Shown: one piece after another, positions 17,709 through 27,334 of the stretch
Position numbering within the stretch: position 1 is the first letter of the stretch
Layout: the number at the start of each line of letters is the position of its first letter
Assembly (NCBI GenBank): GCA_944358415.1
Contig: CALVRA010000004.1
Location: 3,311 to 67,310 of the forward strand
Source of the DNA: an uncultured Bacilli bacterium
Lineage (GTDB): Bacteria > Bacillota_I > Bacilli_A > RF39 > UBA660
DNA: 64,000 nt
Reading direction: 5' to 3'
The notes under the pieces: model-generated
Database searches by the model: none
The model's input: the letters and a program-made list of their open reading frames with translations, nothing else
What the model was told of the DNA's origin: nothing
Translations under genes and position numbers: made by a program

Positions 17709-20117
17709 TTAATTTGGGAAACACAAATTACCAGAAAGCGTATAACCTGATGGGCAGGTGTAATAATCCTCATAATATGTTGGAGTTATTGATGTGGTTT
17801 TTCGACAAGTCATGGAACTGCCACTACCAATTTGGGTGGAGCCACTTGGACAACTATAGCTATATGAAGTGTTAGGATTAGTATACGTTTTGGTTTCTTT
17901 TGTACATTTTGTTGAGCTACCTGAGCCTGTTTTTTTATATCCTGATGGACAGGTATAACTGGTGGAACTAGTTGGTGTTTCAGTCCAAGCTTTATGGCAA
18001 AGATTAGCCGCACTATAACTACTATATTGATTACTGCAGGCACCGGTGTTTTTATAACATTCTGCTCCTGAACCTGAGTATCCTTGTGAAGTTATGGCTA
18101 GGACATTACATTCACAGCTATAGCCTTGGTTAATATAGTTATTACGATAATCACGCCATTTTTGTTTTGACCCTTCTTGGTCATTACATTTAATAGTATA
18201 ATATAGGCTTGGTGAGTGACTACACTGGCATACATCATTATGATCAAGATGACAACCACCAGTACATTTTTTGGTAATTGATTCAGTGGCATTGATGGTT
18301 TCTGTTTTTGTTTTATAGCATTGTGTGGAACTGCCTGAACCTGTTTTTGTATATCCTGGTGGACATGAGTATGTTGTTACTCTATTAGCACTTGTTGTGG
18401 TTGTTTTAGTACATCTTGTGTTACTGCCAGATCCTGATGTTGTGTATCCACTTGGGCAGACATATCTTTCTGGATGATAGGTTGCATATATATACATGGT
18501 AACGTTATAGGTACTACTGACTTGGTTTGTCCCATCACTTACTTTAGCAACTAAGGTACCATCATCTGTGTACTGAACATCGGCTGTTTTAGTGTTTACA
18601 GTGACTTCTGATGAGTTATTTTTTTGATATGTACAAGTATATATATCACCACAGCCATCTGGATAAGTTATGGTTACTGTTTTAGTGGTAGTTCCACTTT
18701 CTTTAAATGTTGGTAAAGGTATGGTGGCCGTTTTTGTGTCTTTATAAGCTATTTTTTGCTGGGTGGTTTGACTTGTGACACGAACGGCAATATTATAGGT
18801 TGTTCCTTGGGTTAATTTACTAAAGGTATAAGTATTATTATTATTTCCATTTTCCCAAGTTTTTCCACCATCTTTAGAATATTCATATTTGACAATATCA
18901 CTTAAAGCAGTAGCTGAAGCAACAACAGTTATTTTATTGGTTGTAGATGTTGTTGAGAGATTAATAGTAATTACGTCTTCTATGACTTTTGAATTTAAAG
19001 TAATATTATTACTAATAGAATATTTAGCATTTGGTTTTCCAACGTTTACATTTCCATTATACCAGCCATCGGTTATATATTTAGGATTTGCTGTAATATT
19101 TGGCAAGGTTATTTGACAACTAGTATTTCCAGCTAATATGGTACAGCTTTTGGAAGTGCTATCTATTGAAGCAACATTTGCTCCTTTTGTAAAGGATGCT
19201 GTAACTATTTTATTTGTTAGGGTGATACTATTATTATTATTTGATGAGATATTTCCAGCACGATCTTTAACCCATACATAGTAAGTTCCCTCTCCTTTAG
19301 GAACTGTAAATGAAGCTTCGATGTTAGCATCAATATCGGTATTTATCCATCCTTCGTCATTAATATCTGGAGTTTTACTATTTTCACTTATATAATATCC
19401 GACTATGCCACTTACTTGATCAATAGCTTTAATGTTTATGTTTGAATTTGGAGCGATAGTTAGGCTATTGATTGTAGGATTTTCATTATCAATATTAATG
19501 ATATCGGCTGTATTATTTATATTTTGTTTGCCTCTTACTCTAGCATACAAGGTTGATATTTTTTTAAATGGATTAGTTATTTCAAAGTTACCTTCATGGG
19601 CTGTTTGCCATGTACCATCATCTATTTTATATTCGTATGTGTTTTGGTCACCTAGTTTAGGATATGCAATAATGACTTTTCTTTCATGGACCCACTTATT
19701 ACCACTTGGATTAATGATAAAATCAATTTTATAAATGGTGGAATCGGCTTTACATTCGTCTTTTTCAACTATTTTATGGGTAATTTGTCCTTTTCCATTT
19801 ATTGTCACATATACTGATTTATTTGATATGTCTTCGCCAGTGGTTATGTCGATGACAGGACTGACTAATTTACCATCATCTATTAGTTCTTGAATCTGAA
19901 CACAGTATGTACCTGGTTTAGTGATATCGGTATTTTCTTCTAGATAATTATCAGTAGAGGCAAAAATAAGATTATCACCTGTGTTACCAGCTTTATCACT
20001 ATTATTAGCAATTTGATTAAGAATGGATGGCATGATTAATAATAATAGCAAAGATATTATAACTATTACTCCTAAAATTTCTGCTAACGTAAAACCTTTT
20101 TTATTCATTTTTATCAC
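17709..20117 (-). CDS. Giant prepilin-type adhesin-like protein (802 aa) with a Cys-rich repeat C-terminus
   Basis: N-terminal 'KKGFTLAEILGVIVIISLLLLLI' type IV pilin-like signal. Ig/FN3-like modules ('KYEYSKDGGKTWENG...GTTYNIAVRVT'). At least six 'CPSGY..(T/S)GSGS..C.K' repeats. Confidence 0.85.
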   Translation of the reverse strand: MIKMNKKGFTLAEILGVIVIISLLLLLIMPSILNQIANNSDKAGNTGDNLIFASTDNYLEENTDITKPGTYCVQIQELIDDGKLVSPVIDITTGEDISNKSVYVTINGKGQITHKIVEKDECKADSTIYKIDFIINPSGNKWVHERKVIIAYPKLGDQNTYEYKIDDGTWQTAHEGNFEITNPFKKISTLYARVRGKQNINNTADIINIDNENPTINSLTIAPNSNINIKAIDQVSGIVGYYISENSKTPDINDEGWINTDIDANIEASFTVPKGEGTYYVWVKDRAGNISSNNNNSITLTNKIVTASFTKGANVASIDSTSKSCTILAGNTSCQITLPNITANPKYITDGWYNGNVNVGKPNAKYSISNNITLNSKVIEDVITINLSTTSTTNKITVVASATALSDIVKYEYSKDGGKTWENGNNNNTYTFSKLTQGTTYNIAVRVTSQTTQQKIAYKDTKTATIPLPTFKESGTTTKTVTITYPDGCGDIYTCTYQKNNSSEVTVNTKTADVQYTDDGTLVAKVSDGTNQVSSTYNVTMYIYATYHPERYVCPSGYTTSGSGSNTRCTKTTTTSANRVTTYSCPPGYTKTGSGSSTQCYKTKTETINATESITKKCTGGCHLDHNDVCQCSHSPSLYYTIKCNDQEGSKQKWRDYRNNYINQGYSCECNVLAITSQGYSGSGAECYKNTGACSNQYSSYSAANLCHKAWTETPTSSTSYTCPSGYKKTGSGSSTKCTKETKTYTNPNTSYSYSCPSGSTQIGSGSSMTCRKTTSITPTYYEDYYTCPSGYTLSGNLCFPN

Positions 20118-20167
20118 CTACTATTTATATTATAACTTATTTTGGTTAAAAATTTAAGATATGAGTA

Positions 20168-21013
20168 TTACTCTTTTAATAAGTTTTCTAGGGGGATTAT
20201 ATTATAGCCTTTAGAAGTTATGTAATTTAGTATGGCATTTAATTCATTATTTAACGTTTGATTTACATCCAAGGATATAATAGCTCCTGGTAATAATGTT
20301 TTTTTAATACTTATTAATGGCCTTTTTTTGATAATGATTTGTGGCATGATAGTAATAGAGTTTTGAATGTTACATGTTTTTAATAAAGATTTATTAGGTT
20401 TTTCGGTATAGCAATAGTTATACAATTGTGGTCCAATATTAGTGATGATAGTTTTCATCCAAACAAAATCACTATCGTTATAGTTTTCATTATTACTTAA
20501 GTTTCCAATTGTATGACCATTTTGAATTAGGTTTATTATTTGATTATGGTGCTTTTCTAAATATTTACTTTCAATAAAAAAGGTGGCTTTGATTTTTTTT
20601 TGGTTTAAAGTATTTATGATATTTGTTAAATCATCTTGAGGGGTTGCTTTAAACATTAAAGTTACATCCATTTTTGTATTATTGCCACTAATTACGTACT
20701 TATCTTTATTTTTATCTAAGGTATTTTGGACTTTTAATGGTTTATAGATTAGTAATTTATCATCAAAGTAACCTATTTTACTCATAGCTTCATAACTTTT
20801 TTGGGTATCGACTTCCTTACCATTAATTCCTGGTATGATAGTATCTTCTTTAATTATAGGTTCTATGGCATTTTCTTTATAACCATCTTTTTTACTTTTT
20901 ATTTCACTTAGTAAGGTGTCACTTAATTTAGCTGTGGTGCTGACTTTTTCTGTGTATATGAAACTGGATATCATTAGTGTTAGTAAACCTATTATTTGAA
21001 AAAATTTTTTCAT
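20168..21013 (-). CDS. Polysaccharide deacetylase-like protein (divergent NodB fold), membrane/secreted
   Basis: 'KATFFIESKYLEKHHNQIINLIQNGHTIGN' resembles the NodB homology domain. Has an N-terminal signal/anchor. Start at the ATG at 21013, after AGGTGAGG. Confidence 0.5.
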   Translation of the reverse strand: MKKFFQIIGLLTLMISSFIYTEKVSTTAKLSDTLLSEIKSKKDGYKENAIEPIIKEDTIIPGINGKEVDTQKSYEAMSKIGYFDDKLLIYKPLKVQNTLDKNKDKYVISGNNTKMDVTLMFKATPQDDLTNIINTLNQKKIKATFFIESKYLEKHHNQIINLIQNGHTIGNLSNNENYNDSDFVWMKTIITNIGPQLYNYCYTEKPNKSLLKTCNIQNSITIMPQIIIKKRPLISIKKTLLPGAIISLDVNQTLNNELNAILNYITSKGYNIIPLENLLKE

Positions 21014-21103
21014 ATCCTCACCTATGAAATTATATGAATATGTTTGGATATTTTTCACTTTTTATTTTGATGGTCATATTATATTATGAAGGGGGCTTAT
21101 TAT

Positions 21104-21298
21104 ATGAATGGACAGTATTATAATTATACAAGAAGACCTATGGGTCCTCCTCCTGGTAGACCACCAATGAATAATCAAGGAGGATTTTTAGGACCTTTCA
21201 TTTTAGGCGGAATTACTGGTGGACTTATTTCACCGTTATTTTGGAATAACCGTCCTATTTATTATCCTTATTATCCATATTATCCATTTTATCGTTAA
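21104..21298 (+). CDS. Small Pro/Gly/Tyr-rich protein
   Basis: ORF with an AAGGGGG RBS. Low-complexity 'PMGPPPGRPP...YYPYYPYYPFY' around a Gly-rich hydrophobic core. Function unknown. Confidence 0.4.
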   Translation: MNGQYYNYTRRPMGPPPGRPPMNNQGGFLGPFILGGITGGLISPLFWNNRPIYYPYYPYYPFYR

Positions 21299-21306
21299 AA
21301 AAGTCT

Positions 21307-22275
21307 CTAATTTGAGACTTTTTCTATGTATGTTTTGGCAGCTTGATCTAAATCTTGGATGAGGTTATATATTTCTTCTTTGCTTTTTAATCTAGTACCA
21401 CTGGCAAATTTATGACCTCCACCACCATGATTGGCAGCTACTTCATTGATTATTGGTCCTCTTGATCTAATGGATATGCGATAGGATCCTAGTTCTTTAT
21501 CTTCGGTGGCAGTGACCCATACAAGCATTTCATTGATATGATTAAAGCTATTAATCATATTACCTGGTGTAGCGGCATCGACATTATGGTTTTTTAACGT
21601 TTCATCATTGATAATTAAGTAACCTACTTTATTTTCAGTTATTTGGTAGTTTTGGGCCATATATCCTTGGAATTTAATTTCTTTAAATGGTCTTAAGTAT
21701 AATTCATTATATATTTTATTTATATCTATATCTGTTAGTTTTAATAGTTTACTTACAATAGCAAATGTTTTATCATTTGTATATGAAAACATGAATCTAT
21801 TTGTATCAGCAACTAGTCCTATGTAAAGTTTTTCAGCAGATGCTTTAGTTAGTTTTAGTTTGGTATTAAGGGCTAGTTCTATTATCATTTGTGAAGCACT
21901 TGATGATTTATCGTCAATCCATTCTAATTCACACATGGTTTCAACATATGGATGATGGTCTATTTTTATGGAGTTTTTTATTCTTCTTGGGTCAATACCG
22001 TCTACTCTTCTATGATCTGGGGTGTCGGTGACGATTAATAGGGCATCATTTATGTTTTCTGGAAGTTTATCTAATTCACCAATATATTTGAATTTAGAAG
22101 CCGGAGCACCTATGGCATATACTTTTTTATCTGGAAAATTATCATTTATTATTTGTTTTAAGCCAAGTGAGCTACCTAAAGCGTCTGGGTCTGGACCAAC
22201 GTGTCTAGCTATTATTATAGTGTCAGCTTTTTTTATTTTTTTATAGATTTGTTTATATATATTTAATTTAAACAT
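21307..22275 (-). CDS. nrnA: DHH/DHHA1 phosphoesterase (oligoribonuclease / pAp phosphatase NrnA-like)
   Basis: 'IIIARHVGPDPDALGSSLGL', 'DHH' and a 'GGGHKFASG' DHHA1 motif. Confidence 0.8.
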   Translation of the reverse strand: MFKLNIYKQIYKKIKKADTIIIARHVGPDPDALGSSLGLKQIINDNFPDKKVYAIGAPASKFKYIGELDKLPENINDALLIVTDTPDHRRVDGIDPRRIKNSIKIDHHPYVETMCELEWIDDKSSSASQMIIELALNTKLKLTKASAEKLYIGLVADTNRFMFSYTNDKTFAIVSKLLKLTDIDINKIYNELYLRPFKEIKFQGYMAQNYQITENKVGYLIINDETLKNHNVDAATPGNMINSFNHINEMLVWVTATEDKELGSYRISIRSRGPIINEVAANHGGGGHKFASGTRLKSKEEIYNLIQDLDQAAKTYIEKVSN

Positions 22276-22418
22276 AATATCACTCTTCTCTTTTTTGATT
22301 ATATCATTTTTTTGCTTTAAAAACTATAGAAATTATTTTGAAAGGTTAAGATTGTAAGAAAAGATGGTTTTTATTTTAATTTTACTTATATGATGTGGTA
22401 ATAATCGTATGAAAAGTA

Positions 22419-22447
22419 TTGACTTTACTTAGATTTACATATATAAT
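22419..22447 (+). promoter_or_regulatory. Sigma-A-type promoter for rpsD
   Basis: TTGACT (22419-22424), 17-nt spacer, TATAAT (22442-22447). Confidence 0.6.
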
Positions 22448-22600
22448 TAATGACAGCGTGTTAAGCAGCGTTATTTTGAAAGTTATAATGTGGATATTCC
22501 CTATAGGGGTTACTTGGTTTGCTGCGACTTAAGTATTGATATATTCCACCCTATAATTAAAGCAAAATAACCTTTCGCGCTTGTGGAAGGAGGAAAAATT
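22448..22600 (+). promoter_or_regulatory. Long structured rpsD 5' leader (candidate S4 autoregulatory leader)
   Basis: A ~150-nt untranslated leader, relatively GC-rich and self-complementary (e.g. GCAGCG...GCTGCG, CCCTATAGGGG), lies between the promoter and the GGAAGGAGG RBS. S4 autoregulation through such a leader is known in Bacillus. Confidence 0.4.
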
Positions 22601-23206
22601 ATGGCAAGATATCTTGGCCCAACTTACAAAAAGTCTAGACGTTTTGGATTTTCTATTTTAGAAAATGGAAAAGAATTAGCTAAAAGACCTTATGCACCTG
22701 GTGAACATGGACAAGACCGCAGAAAGAAATTATCTGATTATGGTGTACAATTACAAGAAAAACAAAAGGTTAAGTTCATGTATGGTATTAGTGAAAAACA
22801 AATGAAAAAAGCATTTGAAAAAGCAGTTAAAATGAAAGGTGTAAATGGTGAGAACTTACTTAAGTTATTAGAAAGTCGTTTAGATAATTTAGTGTACAGA
22901 ATTGGTTTTGCAACTACAAGAAAAGGTGCGAGACAATTAGTTAACCATGGACATGTAACTGTTAATGGCAGAAGAGTTGATATTCCATCTTATCAAGTTA
23001 AACCTGGTGATGTTATCAGTTTAATGGAAAATGATAAAGAAATGGCTATTGTTAAAGCTTCTTTAGAGGCTTTAAATAATAGAGCTGAATTTATTTCTTA
23101 TGACGATAAGAAAATGGAAGCTACTTATGTTAGAATGCCAGAACGTAGTGAACTTAGTGCGGATATTGATGAAGCATTAATTATTGAATACTACAACAGA
23201 AATTAG
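22601..23206 (+). CDS. rpsD: 30S ribosomal protein S4
   Basis: 'MARYLGPTYKKSRRFG...' plus an S4 RNA-binding domain ('RLDNLVYRIGFATTRKGARQLVNHGHV'). Start at 22601, after GGAGG. Confidence 0.95.
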   Translation: MARYLGPTYKKSRRFGFSILENGKELAKRPYAPGEHGQDRRKKLSDYGVQLQEKQKVKFMYGISEKQMKKAFEKAVKMKGVNGENLLKLLESRLDNLVYRIGFATTRKGARQLVNHGHVTVNGRRVDIPSYQVKPGDVISLMENDKEMAIVKASLEALNNRAEFISYDDKKMEATYVRMPERSELSADIDEALIIEYYNRN

Positions 23207-23229
23207 AGAACTTTGTTTCTCTTTTTTTA
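23205..23229 (+). terminator. Rho-independent terminator of rpsD
   Basis: AGAGAA-cttt(g)t-TTCTCT stem-loop followed by TTTTTTT. Confidence 0.6.
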
Positions 23230-23253
23230 TGTTTAAAAAACATTAGGTTTCAT

Positions 23254-23904
23254 CTAATGTTTCATATTGGTTACAATATCTACGCTATGACTTGTGCCTA
23301 TTCTAGTGGCGCCAGCTTCAATTAGTTCATTCATTTGTTTAAAAGTAGTTATGCCACCACTAGCTTTTATTTCTAGGATATCATTTTTATGTTTATTTAT
23401 TAATTTAACATCTTCTACTGATACTCCCCTTTTACCAAATCCGGTATTTGTTTTTATAAAGTTTACAAATGTTTCGTTACAAATTTCAGTCATTTTGATT
23501 ATTTCTTCTTTTGTTAGTAAAGAAGTTTCGATGATTACTTTTAGGGTTTTACCATCTATTTGGTCTCTTATTTCCTCGATTTCATTTTTTACATAGTCAT
23601 AGTCTTTATCTTTTAAGGCACCGACATTAATGACCATATCTATCTCATCAGCGCCGTTTTCTATGGCTTCAATAGCTTCGTAGGCTTTTACTTTTGGGGT
23701 ATTCATACCTAGTGGGAATCCAACAACTGTGCATATACCAATATTGGTATCTTTTAGTAAATCTTTAGCTAATGTTACATAATATGGGTGAACGCAGACG
23801 TTTTCGAAGTTATATTCTATGGCTTCATGACATAGTTTGGCAATGTCTTCTTCTTTGGCATCCATTTTTAAGTTAGTATGATCAATATATTTTCCTATTT
23901 CCAT
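23254..23904 (-). CDS. deoC: Deoxyribose-phosphate aldolase
   Basis: 'IDHTNLK', 'VCVHPYYV', 'VVGFPLG', 'IKASGGI' DeoC motifs; 216 aa. Confidence 0.88.
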   Translation of the reverse strand: MEIGKYIDHTNLKMDAKEEDIAKLCHEAIEYNFENVCVHPYYVTLAKDLLKDTNIGICTVVGFPLGMNTPKVKAYEAIEAIENGADEIDMVINVGALKDKDYDYVKNEIEEIRDQIDGKTLKVIIETSLLTKEEIIKMTEICNETFVNFIKTNTGFGKRGVSVEDVKLINKHKNDILEIKASGGITTFKQMNELIEAGATRIGTSHSVDIVTNMKH

Positions 23905-24595
23905 GTTTTTTCTCCTTTTGTAGTGTTTTATTTTTGGTTATAAAATTTTTAATATCGTCATCTTGTGAAAAGTTAGTTTCATAGCTATGAATTACAGTGC
24001 TTTCAACGTCTTGCTTTCCAAAGATTTGATTTTCTCTATCTATGGCTTTTTGTAATGGAAGTTTACAGCTAATAGGAAGACCTAATATGTCTTCTATTAA
24101 ATCTATAGTTTGATTATCAACAACGTTATTATTTAGATATAGAAAATCAGATATTGTCATATATGGATGGGTTTTTACAAATTTATTTAAAAGTATTTTT
24201 TCATCTGGATGATAATCTTTTTGAAACAAGACTTGATGAAGAAAGTAAAGAGGTTTGATAATTTCTAGTGAATCAGAATATCTTAAATGTTCTATTTGGT
24301 TATCTTGATGATGATTTTCTTTTAATAGTTTTTGATATTCATTAAAATGAAATTTTATTAGTCTAATTTTTAAATTTATATTTTCGTTTAAGTTTATTTC
24401 AGAGATAAAATTTAAATTTTTTTCTATTAAGCTATTTTGAATGTTTTTTATTTGTTTATCGTCAAAACAATTTGTGTATAAAAGTTCTGGATAAGAGGCC
24501 GTAATAAGATGGCCTATTTTAGTATATCCTAGTTTATCTAGTGTAAAGATAGTAAATGGATTTATCTTTAATGAATAGATGCTTTTATTTATCAT
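23882..24595 (-). CDS. Hypothetical protein
   Basis: 237-aa ORF overlapping leuS by 4 nt and deoC by 23 nt. The N-terminus faintly resembles a helix-hairpin-helix region. No confident family. Confidence 0.5.
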   Translation of the reverse strand: MINKSIYSLKINPFTIFTLDKLGYTKIGHLITASYPELLYTNCFDDKQIKNIQNSLIEKNLNFISEINLNENINLKIRLIKFHFNEYQKLLKENHHQDNQIEHLRYSDSLEIIKPLYFLHQVLFQKDYHPDEKILLNKFVKTHPYMTISDFLYLNNNVVDNQTIDLIEDILGLPISCKLPLQKAIDRENQIFGKQDVESTVIHSYETNFSQDDDIKNFITKNKTLQKEKKHGNRKIY

Positions 24596-26979
24596 TTGAC
24601 AACTATGTTTACTAAACGTCCAGGAACTATAATTATTTTGACAATTTCTTTATCTTGAATAAATTTTTTTACATTTTCATTTTCTTTGGCTATTTTTTCC
24701 ATTTCTTCTTTGGAAATATTTATGTTTACAGTTTCTTTGCCTCTTAATTTTCCGTTTACTTGGAAGATTATTTCACATGTTTCATCTATGGTTTTTTCTT
24801 CATCATATTTTGGCCATAGTGATTCGCATAATGGCTTACCTAAGTTATACTTTTTATTTATTTCTTCGGTAATATGCGGAGCGAATGGATTTAATAGATG
24901 AACAATTAATCTTAAATCATCTTTAGTTATTGTTTTTTGTTCATCATATTCATTTAACATAATCATGAGTGCGGATATGGCAGTATTAAATTTCATTGAT
25001 TTGATATCATTGGTTACTTTTTTAATTGTTTTATGAGCTAGAGATTCTTTGGTATAACCTTTTTGATCATTTAGTTTATCGCCTATTTTCCAAAGTCTAT
25101 CTAAAAATCTTTTACATCCTTTTAGGCTATTTGTACTCCAAGCGGCATCTTTTTCATAGTCACCAATGAACATTTCATATAATCTTAAAGCGTCGGCCCC
25201 ATATTCTTCTATCATATCATGAGGATTGATGACATTACCTTTTGATTTACTCATTTTTTCACCATCTGGTCCTAGAATCATACCGTGTGAAGTTCTTATG
25301 TCAATTGGTTCTTTATTTGGAACAAGTCCAATATTATATAGGAACTGGTTCCAGAATCTTGCATATAGTAAGTGGCGTGCGGTGTGCTCCATACCACCAT
25401 CATACCAATCAACTTTACCCCAATAATTTAGAGCATCTTTTGAGACAAATTCTTTATCATTTTTAGGATCCATATATCTTAGAAAATACCAAGATGATCC
25501 AGCCCAGTTAGGCATGGTGTCTGTTTCTCTTTTTGCTTTGGCTCCACATTTTGGACATACTGTATTAACCCAAGTATCAATTCCAGCAAGTGGACTTTCA
25601 CCGTTTTCAGTTGGTTCATAGTTAGCTACATCTGGCAATAAAACTGGAAGGTCTTCTTCGTTTACAGGCTGCCATCCACATTTTTCACAGTATACTAGTG
25701 GTATTGGTTCACCCCAAAATCTTTGTCTTGAGAATACCCAATCTTGAAGTCTATAGTTGATTTTTTTATCACCTATTTTTCTTTTTTTGATTTCTTCAAT
25801 CATTTTATTTATGGCTTCTGTTTTATTGGTTAAACCATTTAAAATATCTGAGTTAATATATTTACCTTCTCCAATATATGGTGTGGTATCTCCTTCAATT
25901 ACTTTTATAACTTTGATATTGAATTTTGTGGCAAATTCATAATCTCTATTATCATGAGCTGGTACAGCCATAATGGCACCAGTACCATAATTCATCATGA
26001 CATAATCAGATATCCAAATTTCTATAGACTTATTTGTGAATGGGTTTATAGCATTTATGCCTTCTAGTTTAACACCGGTTTTTTCTTTAGAAAGTTCGGT
26101 TCTTTCAAATTCGGTTTTTGTTTTAGCAAATTCTTGATATTCTTTGACTTTGTCCATGTTTTTGATTTTATTTTCTAATTTATTTATGATTGGGTGTTCT
26201 GGGGCAATAACCATGAATGTGGCACCATAAATGGTATCTGGTCTAGTTGTATAGACTTTGATTTTTTCTTTTTCATTTTCTATTTCAAAGTTTATTTCGG
26301 CTCCTTCTGATTTACCAATCCAATTGATTTGACCAAGTTTTACTCTTTTACTGAAGTTAGTGTCTTTTAATCCTTCGATTAAATCTTCGGCATAGTCACT
26401 CATTTTAAGCATCCACTGCTCTTTTTCTTTTTGAACTACTTTGGTTCCACATCTTTCACATACACCGCCAGCAGCGTCTTCGTTAGAAAGGCCGCTTTTA
26501 CATTTTGGGCACCAATTGATGTTTTTTTTGGCTTTATAGGCCATGCCATGTTTATAGAACTGTAAGAATTGCCACTGAGTCCATTTATAGTATTCTGGGT
26601 CAGTTGTTGAAAATTCTCTATTCCAATCAAAAGATATACCTAATTCTTCAATTTGGGCTTTAAATGTTTTGATATTTTCTTTGACAGCATCTTTTGGATG
26701 GATGTGATTTTTTATGGCATATTGTTCGGCTGGGGCTCCAAAGGCATCCCATCCCATTGGAAATAGTACATTATATCCTTCCATTCTTTTTTGTCTAGCG
26801 ACAGTGTCTAGGGCGGTATAGCTTCTAGCATGACCGACATGAAGTCCAGCACCTGATGGATATGGGAATTCTACTAAAAGATAATATTTTTCTTTTTCAC
26901 TTCCATTTTTAGCGGCAAATGTTTGATTTTTATTCCAATAATTTTGCCAATATTTTTCTATTTTTTTAAAGTCGTACAT
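24592..26979 (-). CDS. leuS: Leucyl-tRNA synthetase
   Basis: 'PYPSGAGLHVGHARSY' (HIGH) and 'KMSKSKGN' (KMSKS), with LeuRS length and architecture. Start moved to the ATG at 26979. Confidence 0.95.
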   Translation of the reverse strand: MYDFKKIEKYWQNYWNKNQTFAAKNGSEKEKYYLLVEFPYPSGAGLHVGHARSYTALDTVARQKRMEGYNVLFPMGWDAFGAPAEQYAIKNHIHPKDAVKENIKTFKAQIEELGISFDWNREFSTTDPEYYKWTQWQFLQFYKHGMAYKAKKNINWCPKCKSGLSNEDAAGGVCERCGTKVVQKEKEQWMLKMSDYAEDLIEGLKDTNFSKRVKLGQINWIGKSEGAEINFEIENEKEKIKVYTTRPDTIYGATFMVIAPEHPIINKLENKIKNMDKVKEYQEFAKTKTEFERTELSKEKTGVKLEGINAINPFTNKSIEIWISDYVMMNYGTGAIMAVPAHDNRDYEFATKFNIKVIKVIEGDTTPYIGEGKYINSDILNGLTNKTEAINKMIEEIKKRKIGDKKINYRLQDWVFSRQRFWGEPIPLVYCEKCGWQPVNEEDLPVLLPDVANYEPTENGESPLAGIDTWVNTVCPKCGAKAKRETDTMPNWAGSSWYFLRYMDPKNDKEFVSKDALNYWGKVDWYDGGMEHTARHLLYARFWNQFLYNIGLVPNKEPIDIRTSHGMILGPDGEKMSKSKGNVINPHDMIEEYGADALRLYEMFIGDYEKDAAWSTNSLKGCKRFLDRLWKIGDKLNDQKGYTKESLAHKTIKKVTNDIKSMKFNTAISALMIMLNEYDEQKTITKDDLRLIVHLLNPFAPHITEEINKKYNLGKPLCESLWPKYDEEKTIDETCEIIFQVNGKLRGKETVNINISKEEMEKIAKENENVKKFIQDKEIVKIIIVPGRLVNIVVK

Positions 26980-26980
26980 G

Positions 26981-27325
26981 TTATTTTCCTTCTTTCTTTT
27001 TATAAATTGTTCCAAGTATTTTATACATTAAAAGCATGAGAGGCACCAATATGACAAAGCCAACCATTAATTTTAAAATTAAATTATCAAATATTTCAAT
27101 AATAGTGCATGTTATGGCAATGATAAAGGCATTAGTTAAGGCCAGTGACTGGGCAAAATGTTTTAAGTTTATTTTATTTTTATTTATTTTATATGCTTTT
27201 TCAAAGTACATTAATTGTTTACTGGTTTTAAATTTTTCGAATCCTTTTTTTCTAAAAATAACGACTATACTATAACACAGATAAACAATGATAAAGCAAA
27301 ATAAAAATGTAGCTATGTATTCCAT
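26981..27325 (-). CDS. Small membrane protein between the Leu T-box and leuS
   Basis: 114-aa ORF with about three hydrophobic segments and an AAAGGAGGAAAA RBS. Abuts the leuS start. Confidence 0.5.
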   Translation of the reverse strand: MEYIATFLFCFIIVYLCYSIVVIFRKKGFEKFKTSKQLMYFEKAYKINKNKINLKHFAQSLALTNAFIIAITCTIIEIFDNLILKLMVGFVILVPLMLLMYKILGTIYKKKEGK

Positions 27326-27334
27326 TTTTTCCTC

